Shown here piece by piece: positions 1 through 7,171 of a stretch of 46,474 nucleotides of DNA (the first letter of the stretch is position 1; each line of letters starts with the position of its first letter). The DNA lies in IMG/VR virus record IMGVR_UViG_3300017565_000025, positions 1-46,474 of that record. One strand, given 5' to 3'. The notes under the pieces were generated by a model, which was given only the letters and a program-made list of their open reading frames with translations, was not told the origin of the DNA and did not search any database. Both the position numbers and the translations under genes were made by a program. This stretch comes from a virus. Its lineage: Duplodnaviria > Caudoviricetes.

Positions 1-47
1 TCCACGCCCTTACACAGCCAGCTTCCGACGCCGGCTTCCGGCCTCGC

Positions 48-123
48 GAGCGCGTAGCTCAGCTGGTAGAGCAATTGACTTTTAATCAATAGGTCCTGGG
101 TTCGAGCCCCAGCGCGCTCACCA
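48..123 (+). tRNA. tRNA-Lys (anticodon UUU); probable prophage integration site
   Basis: Full cloverleaf: acceptor GAGCGCG/CGCGCTC, D arm GCTC/GAGC, anticodon arm ATTGA-CTTTTAA-TCAAT, T arm CTGGG-TTCGAGC-CCCAG, encoded CCA; 76 nt. Confidence 0.97.
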
Positions 124-178
124 AAAAGCCCAGACTTTTCCAACACTTACATCTTCCGCGAACGTCGCCATAGCCGAC

Positions 179-209
179 CGGTTTCCAATTTCAGCCTCGC
201 GGTTTCCAA
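179..209 (+). repeat. Direct repeat CGGTTTCCAA x2; candidate integrase arm-type sites
   Basis: Copies at 179-188 and 200-209 (21-bp period), partial TTTCCAA at 137-143, immediately after the tRNA. Confidence 0.55.
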
Positions 210-215
210 ACTCCC

Positions 216-230
216 GTTCACGCACCGTTC
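216..230 (+). promoter_or_regulatory. Alphaproteobacterial LexA (SOS) box
   Basis: GTTC-acgcacc-GTTC, exact GTTC-N7-GTTC. Confidence 0.6.
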
Positions 231-251
231 GGGGAACCCATTCTGCGCTTT

Positions 252-266
252 GTTCTCGTCTCGTTC
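252..266 (+). promoter_or_regulatory. Alphaproteobacterial LexA (SOS) box upstream of the 306-692 gene
   Basis: GTTC-tcgtctc-GTTC, exact consensus, 40 bp before ATG 306. Confidence 0.75.
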
Positions 267-305
267 TCATGCTAATTGGCCGGCCCTCTTTGTGAGCCCG
301 AGGCC

Positions 306-692
306 ATGTCCCGCCGCCGCAGTACCCCTCCGACCTACACCCGGACCAGCGAGCCGGGTGCGCATCACAGTTGCCCACCGCCTGCGCCACCGCCGCGCAA
401 GCCCTACCCTCACCACTATTCGCGGTCCGACATTGAGCGGATCGCACACCAACTGGCGATGGTCTGGGACGAGCAACACAACGTGCGCCTGGGGCCACAG
501 GTCGCCAAGCTGTGCGAGGCAGGATTGCGGATGCTGCTGTCGGAGCCGACGCGCAAAGAGGTGATGGACATCCTGCGGTGCGAGCGGTGCGCTCCGGACC
601 CTGACGGCCCCGCATGCGCGGCATGCGTGGCAAGGACGAACGAGATCGTCAGGATTTTTCAGGACCAACGGCGCAAAGACTGGAGCCTATAG
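306..692 (+). CDS. Hypothetical protein with CxxC...CxxC motif (possible Zn binding)
   Basis: GAGG before ATG 306; CERC...CAAC near the C terminus; follows two LexA boxes. Confidence 0.6.
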   Translation: MSRRRSTPPTYTRTSEPGAHHSCPPPAPPPRKPYPHHYSRSDIERIAHQLAMVWDEQHNVRLGPQVAKLCEAGLRMLLSEPTRKEVMDILRCERCAPDPDGPACAACVARTNEIVRIFQDQRRKDWSL

Positions 693-932
693 GACGCTCA
701 GATCGGTCGGCACGTCGCCATAGCTGCCCAGCACCTCGGCGTCGCCGAACTCGCCCAACGCTGGATCTCCCGTCCGGCCGAATGCGACGGCCCCGACATA
801 CTTGGGGTCACGCGCCAGGGCTTCGGCCCGGCGGATCGCCTGGGTGGGGCTCTGACACTCCGTGGCCTCGGCAGGGGCCGGGCCGTCCTCCGAATCAACG
901 AACGGGAGCGCGACGTAATAGGTGACCGACAT
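687..932 (-). CDS. Small hypothetical protein, probably SOS-regulated
   Basis: GGAGG RBS; natural-looking 81-aa sequence MSVTYYVALPF...GAVAFGRTGDP; LexA box upstream. Confidence 0.75.
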   Translation of the reverse strand: MSVTYYVALPFVDSEDGPAPAEATECQSPTQAIRRAEALARDPKYVGAVAFGRTGDPALGEFGDAEVLGSYGDVPTDLSVL

Positions 933-961
933 GGCGGGCCTCCACTGAGGCTGGGAAGGGA

Positions 962-976
962 GAACGAAATCGGAAC
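962..976. promoter_or_regulatory. LexA (SOS) box in a divergent promoter region
   Basis: GAAC-gaaatcg-GAAC, exact GAAC-N7-GAAC, between the genes starting at 932(-) and 1061(+). Confidence 0.75.
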
Positions 977-1060
977 TTCGTCAAGAGAAAGTGTGATCAG
1001 GCCAAATTCGCGGAACGAATCGCTTCGGCCCAGATTGAGTCCCGTCCGAGGAGTTCTGTG

Positions 1061-1432
1061 ATGCGTTCGTCCCCCTCGATCGTTCCCGGTCATGCCGGCG
1101 AGACGGTCTATCTGGTGCTGGACGATTTCGGCGCCCGCGGCCAGGTCTTCCGGGAGACCGATCCGCAACATGCTGATCTGGAAAGTACCATCGGCGATCT
1201 GATCGCCGGGCAATACAACGACCCCGTGGCCGTCATCGCGTTCAACGCGCTGGAAGGTTGGTCGCGAGACGTGTCCGCAGATATCGCCACAGAGATCCAG
1301 CGACGCGCGGACATGGCATTCGAAGACGTGTCGTCGTCGATTGAGCGCTTCGTGGACCGGCATGTCGGATGGGAGCGCCAGTTGACCCTGCGCCTCCCCC
1401 GCTCACCTCCGCGACTGCGCGTCGTCAGATAG
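1061..1432 (+). CDS. Hypothetical protein of a type I recall from rhizobial genomes
   Basis: GAGGAG RBS at 1048-1053; motifs VYLVLDDFG, FRETD, GQYNDP, AFNALEGWSRDVS. Confidence 0.75.
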   Translation: MRSSPSIVPGHAGETVYLVLDDFGARGQVFRETDPQHADLESTIGDLIAGQYNDPVAVIAFNALEGWSRDVSADIATEIQRRADMAFEDVSSSIERFVDRHVGWERQLTLRLPRSPPRLRVVR

Positions 1433-2150
1433 CCGCGCCACCATCTTCTTTTACACCTTTCGCCACGATCCGGAGGCTGCCGTCCGGCAGCGGCCGTTGC
1501 AGCCGCAGCGCCTCCTCCGCCGGCGCGGTGAGCCATGTCTCGATCTCATCGGGCTCCGTCAAGATCACCGGCATGGCCTTGGGATGGATGGCACCGACCT
1601 CTGCGTTGGGCTCGCAGGTGAGGAAGCCATAGAGGTCCGCGGTGACCTCGCCCTCCCGGATTTTGCGCACACTGGTCCAGTTGCACCACAAGCCGGCAAA
1701 CACCGCGAGCGGCCGCTCCTCGGCGAGCGCGAACCAGATATCGCCGCCGGCCTCCCGATTGAGCTCACTGAAGGACGTGAACGGCACCACGCACCGGTGC
1801 TCCACGCCCAGCCAGCGGGTCCAATGGCGGGATTTGACGTTGCGGATGTTGGTGGTGCCGCTGTCCGGCTCCTGCTTGACCAGCTTGGGGAGATCGACCT
1901 CTTGCCCTTTGGCCCGGAGCTTGTCCGCCCGGCGCATCGTGGCTTGGTAGAGCGCTTGGGCCGAAGACGGCATGCCCCAGCGGGCCATGGTCAGCTCGCG
2001 CGCACCGTCAGGGGCGTTGCGGACGATGGGGGCCGCGTAGTCCGGAAAGATGCCCGGCTGGGGCGGCAGGTTGCCCGTGGTGTCCCGCATGGCGCGGGTC
2101 AGCGCAACGATGGCGGCTTGCCCCTTGGTGAGGGAGTAGAGGTTGCACAT
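1425..2150 (-). CDS. SOS response-associated peptidase (SRAP/YedK/HMCES family; abasic-site processing)
   Basis: N-terminal catalytic Cys2 (MCNLY), ARWGMP, conserved Glu (FSE), IHPKAMPVIL. Confidence 0.92.
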   Translation of the reverse strand: MCNLYSLTKGQAAIVALTRAMRDTTGNLPPQPGIFPDYAAPIVRNAPDGARELTMARWGMPSSAQALYQATMRRADKLRAKGQEVDLPKLVKQEPDSGTTNIRNVKSRHWTRWLGVEHRCVVPFTSFSELNREAGGDIWFALAEERPLAVFAGLWCNWTSVRKIREGEVTADLYGFLTCEPNAEVGAIHPKAMPVILTEPDEIETWLTAPAEEALRLQRPLPDGSLRIVAKGVKEDGGAAI

Positions 2151-2941
2151 TAGGACTTGCCATCTTGGCCCGACAGAGCGAACTCGAAATTAGCCTTTCG
2201 TACTGCAAGAGTGGACGCCAGCGTACCTGGATCCGGATGACCATTGTTCGCCGCAGCAATACGGCTTGCGACCAAATTCAACTCGGAAAGCCACTCAACG
2301 AGATATTGCTCCCTAGCTTGATACAATGTGAACACTGTTCCGTAGTCGATACCTTCTTCAAACTTGGTTTCTATCGCAGAGGAGCTTGCCTTTGACAGCA
2401 CTCTTACGATGTCGGCACCCAAGCTAGGATTTATAATCCCGATTTTTGCGGCGTTCGCCTGGTAGATTGGCGCCTCAAAACCAACTTGCTTAAACACATT
2501 CCAACCAGCAGCCGGCCTACCTGCTTCCATAATTGATTTTATCATATAGCCCCATAGTCGGGTCGCTTGCACCTGTTCGGTAACCGCTGATTGAACTGCT
2601 ATTATTTCGGCCCAGAATGCCGATAACAATGCTCGTAGTTCCCTTTCGGCATTATCAGCATCAGCCTTCATTTGAAGGGCGAACGCATGCTCTCTGGATT
2701 CCCGATCTAGTTTAGCCTGAGCCGCTTGCGCCTTGACCAGATTTTTGAAGCCACGCTCCGTCTGCCATGCGACCACAGACAGACCGAAAAATGCACCGAA
2801 CAGTGTAGCGAGACCTTGATCTATATCCCAGCTCGACTGCTTCAGTGCCCAAAGCAGGTTAAAACAAGCCAGTACCAATGTTGAGGCTAGCGCGATCTTA
2901 AGCGCAGCAGGTAGCCGCCTAAAGTTGCAATATCGAAGCAT
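2150..2941 (-). CDS. AT-richer membrane protein (moron), function unknown
   Basis: 263-aa ORF with two N-terminal hydrophobic helices; visibly AT-richer; TAATG overlap with the SRAP start. Confidence 0.7.
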   Translation of the reverse strand: MLRYCNFRRLPAALKIALASTLVLACFNLLWALKQSSWDIDQGLATLFGAFFGLSVVAWQTERGFKNLVKAQAAQAKLDRESREHAFALQMKADADNAERELRALLSAFWAEIIAVQSAVTEQVQATRLWGYMIKSIMEAGRPAAGWNVFKQVGFEAPIYQANAAKIGIINPSLGADIVRVLSKASSSAIETKFEEGIDYGTVFTLYQAREQYLVEWLSELNLVASRIAAANNGHPDPGTLASTLAVRKANFEFALSGQDGKS

Positions 2942-2989
2942 TGTGACAGGAGGTTTGCTGTGGGCAGGCGTTTAGTATGCACGGGCTCC

Positions 2990-3029
2990 AAACAAAAAAA
3001 AGCCCCGCCACCCGTAAAGGTGGCGGGGC
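2990..3029 (-). terminator. Rho-independent terminator ending the late/lysis operon
   Basis: GCCCCGCCACC-loop-GGTGGCGGGGC (11-bp stem) followed by T8 on the minus strand. Confidence 0.9.
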
Positions 3030-3083
3030 AAGTCTGGGAGAAAACGCCCAGAGGGCTTCGAGCGGCGGGCGGGCCCGCCGAAC

Positions 3084-3428
3084 CTATCGCTGCTGGGCCT
3101 CCAGCCTGGCGAGCCGCCGATCGGTCTCGCCTTCCGCGTTACGGCGCATCAGCTCCGCAACCTCGGCAAGGGCTTCCGCTCCGCGCTCCTGAGCTTCGGC
3201 CACTCGGACCGTCGCCTCGGTTAGCCTCTTGACCTCGACGACCAGATTTCGGGCCGGCTGCATGTCGGCCACTGTCAGCGAATCCACGATCATGTCCGTC
3301 GTGCCGGTGGGTGCCTTGGCCTTGCGAAAAAAATTGAAGAACGTCGCTCCCACCACGCCGAAAAACAGCGCGATGTTGACGATCCATTGCTGAGCGGCTG
3401 AAAGCCCGGCGACATCAGACGGCTGCAT
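3084..3428 (-). CDS. Single-TM, coiled-coil lysis-associated protein (holin/antiholin candidate)
   Basis: TM segment WIVNIALFFGVVGATFFNFF; last gene of the lysis cassette. Confidence 0.6.
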   Translation of the reverse strand: MQPSDVAGLSAAQQWIVNIALFFGVVGATFFNFFRKAKAPTGTTDMIVDSLTVADMQPARNLVVEVKRLTEATVRVAEAQERGAEALAEVAELMRRNAEGETDRRLARLEAQQR

Positions 3429-3879
3429 CCGTGCGGGCCTTTCGCGCTTCGCCAGCGTCGCCGGCCGCCCTTACACAATTCCATGAGTCCAGCAGGAACA
3501 GGATCGGATACACCGCCAATCCCGTCGATGTGTTCGGGGCACCGATCAGTCCCAGCGTGATCTGCGCCCAGACGAAGCAGGCCAGAATAGACATGATGGC
3601 CCGCACATAGGGTGATGCCCGGCTGTATCCCGTGTCCGCAAAGGTGCCGTTGATGATCAGCGCCACAACCCGGACCAAGCCGACCGTGATCGCAGCAAGC
3701 CCCCAGGTACGCTCTGACGCCATCACCGCCATATGGGCGAATGATGGGGAGGCAGAGAACGTGTCTCCGGGCGACAGCAGAATCCACCCCCACGCCACCA
3801 GAGCGCCCGACAGGAACCACTCGCTCACCCGTGTCGGGAAGTGGCGCTTGATGCCCGTGGCGATGCGCACGATCATCAC
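3415..3879 (-). CDS. Four-TM membrane protein, putative holin
   Basis: Four hydrophobic segments; start overlaps the o-spanin stop. Confidence 0.6.
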   Translation of the reverse strand: MMIVRIATGIKRHFPTRVSEWFLSGALVAWGWILLSPGDTFSASPSFAHMAVMASERTWGLAAITVGLVRVVALIINGTFADTGYSRASPYVRAIMSILACFVWAQITLGLIGAPNTSTGLAVYPILFLLDSWNCVRAAGDAGEARKARTDAAV

Positions 3880-4130
3880 GGCGAGCCCCCATAAGATCGC
3901 CGGACATCGCCGTACCAGCCCCGGAATCGTCGGATGACGGCATTGGCCTGAAGCCGCCCCGCCCGCTCCCGCGCGGCAACCACCAGCACGTCCTCGCCGA
4001 CGCGGGGGTCCTGCACCGCCACCTCACGGGCGAAGGGGGGCTCCATCGGCAGGCTCCGGGCCAGCGGCTCCCTACCGCTTGAGGTGGAGCATCCTGCGGA
4101 CGCCATCACCAGACAGGCGACAGCGAGCAT
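3876..4130 (-). CDS. o-spanin (Rz1-like lipoprotein)
   Basis: Signal peptide with lipobox MLAVACLVMASAG-C, Pro-rich region; overlaps the i-spanin 3' end. Confidence 0.75.
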   Translation of the reverse strand: MLAVACLVMASAGCSTSSGREPLARSLPMEPPFAREVAVQDPRVGEDVLVVAARERAGRLQANAVIRRFRGWYGDVRRSYGGSP

Positions 4131-4434
4131 CCGCAGGTGCCTTATCGATCTCGGTTTGCAGGTCACGGATCTGCTCCTGGTTGGACTGATGCATCTGCTC
4201 AAGGGCTTCGGCGTCGCGCTGGGCGGACGCGGCCGCCTGCTCGGCGATATTGAGGTCCTGCCGGACGACGGCGATCTCGGCGCGGAGAGCGGCCGCTTCA
4301 CACTTGGCGGCCTCGTACCGCCGGCCAGTCTGGAAGATGCCGAGGACGATGATCCCGCCCAACGCGATGGCGGCGGCGTAGACCAGCACCGTGGCCTTGA
4401 TGCCGGCCACGCGCCCAAGCAGGGACTGGATCAT
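4072..4434 (-). CDS. i-spanin (Rz-like)
   Basis: N-terminal TM, coiled coil, C-terminal Cys (CRLSGDG); ATGA-coupled to the endolysin. Confidence 0.75.
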   Translation of the reverse strand: MIQSLLGRVAGIKATVLVYAAAIALGGIIVLGIFQTGRRYEAAKCEAAALRAEIAVVRQDLNIAEQAAASAQRDAEALEQMHQSNQEQIRDLQTEIDKAPADARCRLSGDGVRRMLHLKR

Positions 4435-5636
4435 GCGAGCCGGCCTTCCCGCTTCAGGTCCACGACGGACTGCTCGGCCCTCCGCTGGCTGGACCAGATG
4501 TAGAGGCCGGTGCCCATGGCGAGCGCGGCGTAGACCCACCACGGGACGGCGCCGATCACGTCAGTGATGGGCTCAAGCTGCTCCCGCACGTCGTCGAAGG
4601 CGGAGCGGAGCACACCCACGAACGCTGCCACGCCGGTGCTGACGGTGCCGATCTGGGCGACCAGACGGGAGCGGAAGGTCTCTTTCACCGCCGGCACGGT
4701 CGGAGCGATATCGGCGGCCGTGGCCTTCTCCCGCGCCTCGGCAATCGGCCGCTTCCACACCTCGGCACGGTGCGCCATGGTGGCCTTGGCGAGTTCCGTC
4801 TTGAGGTCTTCCGTGATGACAGGGGCACCATCGAGCCGACGGTCGTTCATAAAGGCCGCGATGCCGGCGGCGGTCTTGCCACCCCACTTCCCATCGGGAT
4901 CGCCGACCTCGAAGTATCCGAGGTCAATCAGCGTCCGCTGCACGGCCTCGATGTCGGATGACGTTTCCCCGTGCGGGACGGTCACACCAACCAGCGGCAG
5001 ACCAGCAACGGTCAACGCGCCCGTCGCCTTCGGATCATAGTGCGTGTCCGGAATCTTTGCCCACTTCGCATAGGCCGCGGCCAGCTTGGTGTCGTACTTG
5101 TTCGCCTTGTAGCTGGCGCCGTTATAGCCCCGAGCGAAGGCCGCCCAGTTGTGGTTGCGGATGTGGACGTCCAGCCCCTTGGCGATGATGAAGCGGATCA
5201 TGCCTTCCAGATGCGCGGCTTCGTCCTCCGCGAACGCATTGACCATGGCCTGCGGCGTGGGGTAGCCGGACAACCGATGGTTCTCGCCGAGGATCTGTCC
5301 AAGCCCCCATGACGCCGCCTTGAGCGCCGCCGTCTCGTCGATCTCCATGGCTTTCAGGAGCCGCGGATAGCTGTCGGCAGGATAGTCACGCTTCCACTTG
5401 GCATACGCGAGCCCGGCCTTCACGGCCCGATCCCGCTTCGCCCCAGACAGGTTGCGGTAGAAGACGTGGGGTTCGAACAGCATCTTCACCCGGCCCTGCC
5501 GGTCAAAGCCGCTGCCCGCAGCCTCCACGTCCATCACGGCGTGAATCTCGTCCTCGCCGACGCCGATCATGGCGCCAATGCGCGGCAGGTCGAGGTCGTC
5601 GATACGACGCCCCGCACCCTTGAAGGTGACGGTCAT
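4431..5636 (-). CDS. Endolysin: N-acetylmuramidase (DUF3380-like) + peptidoglycan-binding domain + hydrophobic C terminus
   Basis: VEAAGSGF, LFEPHVF, SWGLGQILGENH, WAAFARGYNG; PG-binding DGKWGGKT. Confidence 0.9.
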   Translation of the reverse strand: MTVTFKGAGRRIDDLDLPRIGAMIGVGEDEIHAVMDVEAAGSGFDRQGRVKMLFEPHVFYRNLSGAKRDRAVKAGLAYAKWKRDYPADSYPRLLKAMEIDETAALKAASWGLGQILGENHRLSGYPTPQAMVNAFAEDEAAHLEGMIRFIIAKGLDVHIRNHNWAAFARGYNGASYKANKYDTKLAAAYAKWAKIPDTHYDPKATGALTVAGLPLVGVTVPHGETSSDIEAVQRTLIDLGYFEVGDPDGKWGGKTAAGIAAFMNDRRLDGAPVITEDLKTELAKATMAHRAEVWKRPIAEAREKATAADIAPTVPAVKETFRSRLVAQIGTVSTGVAAFVGVLRSAFDDVREQLEPITDVIGAVPWWVYAALAMGTGLYIWSSQRRAEQSVVDLKREGRLA

Positions 5637-5650
5637 GATGGAATCCTGTT

Positions 5651-6073
5651 TCAGAGAGCGCGGAAGCCGATGGCCCCGGCGATTGAGCGCGGCCGCGTGC
5701 GGACGGCGTTGCTGTCGTTCCCGGAGTGCACTTCCCAGATGTTGCCGCGCACCTGCCGGACGAGTTCGCCGACATGGCCACGCCAGACGACCACCGCACC
5801 GGGCTTGGGACTCGTCGGTCGGCCGTAGTGCAGCCAGTGCCGGGCGAGGTTGAACCGCTTGTCGGCCACGTCACGCCTCTGGCGCATGTACCACCCGCAC
5901 CAGCGTTTCGGACGGGCATCGCGCACCACGCGACGGGCAGGCGCTCCACGGCCCGCTCTGGGGCGCTCAGGGGCCTTCTGGACGGCCTCCGTGATCTGGA
6001 CGGGCCATTCCGGGTTGGCGGCGGCCGGCGTCATTAAGACGCAAAGCAGCGCCGCTGCGATGAGTGGTCGCAT
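5651..6073 (-). CDS. Signal-peptide-bearing CHAP/NlpC-P60-like cysteine peptidase (TIGR02594-like)
   Basis: MRPLIAAALLCVLMTPAAA signal; WCG...PGAVVVW.GHVG...SGN motifs. Confidence 0.65.
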   Translation of the reverse strand: MRPLIAAALLCVLMTPAAANPEWPVQITEAVQKAPERPRAGRGAPARRVVRDARPKRWCGWYMRQRRDVADKRFNLARHWLHYGRPTSPKPGAVVVWRGHVGELVRQVRGNIWEVHSGNDSNAVRTRPRSIAGAIGFRAL

Positions 6074-6163
6074 CGGAGGTCTCATTTCGGTGCGCGTCAT
6101 TAACGCCTGGCTTGATCCAAACACTCGCGAACAAGCACGAGTGACCCGCTATTCGCCTGCGGC

Positions 6164-7171
6164 TCAATCCGCCAACATGGTTTCGACGAGAAGCGACTCT
6201 AGCGTCGCGGTGTCCGCCGTGTCGGCCAACTCCACCGTTAGTGAGAGCGTGATGTCGAGATAGGCAGACATGGCTCCTGATACCTGGGCAGAGGTTGACT
6301 GTCCGAAGGCCGTTGCATTCCCTGCATTAGTGCCGGCTATCAGGTAGTCGATGTTGTCCCGATAGAGGGCTTGGCTAAGCAAATGTGAGCGAGCTTGGGA
6401 TGCGGCCGCTACGTTTGCCACCACCAGGTTGTGCCCACCGTTACTCGCCCGGAGGCGGAGGGCCTTGGCATTGGCGTTGTTCGTATGGGACCAGTTGTGG
6501 GTGACGCGGAAGCCGCCCTTCGTGCCCATGGAGTTGGCGGGAATAATCACGCTCGCGACCACTGTTTCGGTGGTGGTGCCGGTCACGGAAACCGCACTGC
6601 CTCCGCCGCCGACGCGCCGCCAGACGCCTCGATAAATTTCCCAGGTCGCCAAGGCTTCTTGTTGTTCGGTCTGAGGCCTGTAGGGTTGTAGGTCGTCCAC
6701 ATCCAACTGGATGCCAGCGATGTAATAGAGGCCATCGGCTGATGGTGATTGGAATGGCGCAATCAGGAGGTTCCCGGTGGCATCGAGCGCCACGGCCGTT
6801 TCCACCGTGTGACGCTGCCACCCTCCCCCCATCCGCATCGTCGCAAAGGTGCTCCCCACGCCGGCATTGAACGATGTGCCGGCGGCCCCCCTTGCGTAAA
6901 AGGATAGCACCGCCCTTTTTCCGCGAAGAAGATAAGCGCCGTTGGCGATACGCCCACGCCATAGCGTCTCCGTAACGCCCGCAACGTCGCCCTCCACCGA
7001 TATTTCTGCCGAGTAGCGGATGGGGCTATTAGGCGGCACGTCGGTGGAGCGGCTGACAGTGTTGGTCACACCGGAGAAGCTGCTGAGATTGAATCCTGCG
7101 GCAGTCTCCCCCGGCGGCAGGTTGGCCGTGCCTCGTGGCCAGAGAAGCAGGCTGCCGTTTGGTACTTTCAT
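6164..7171 (-). CDS. Tail fibre/spike-associated protein with a carbohydrate-binding-module-like domain
   Basis: TAATG-coupled to the upstream spike gene; beta-rich, LSFYARG...WQRHTV pattern; tail-distal position. Confidence 0.55.
   Translation of the reverse strand: MKVPNGSLLLWPRGTANLPPGETAAGFNLSSFSGVTNTVSRSTDVPPNSPIRYSAEISVEGDVAGVTETLWRGRIANGAYLLRGKRAVLSFYARGAAGTSFNAGVGSTFATMRMGGGWQRHTVETAVALDATGNLLIAPFQSPSADGLYYIAGIQLDVDDLQPYRPQTEQQEALATWEIYRGVWRRVGGGGSAVSVTGTTTETVVASVIIPANSMGTKGGFRVTHNWSHTNNANAKALRLRASNGGHNLVVANVAAASQARSHLLSQALYRDNIDYLIAGTNAGNATAFGQSTSAQVSGAMSAYLDITLSLTVELADTADTATLESLLVETMLAD

Noticed and set aside
118-668. Minus-strand ORFs 118-633 and 267-668
   Set aside because: They overlap the att region and the better-supported plus-strand gene at 306-692; composition looks spurious.
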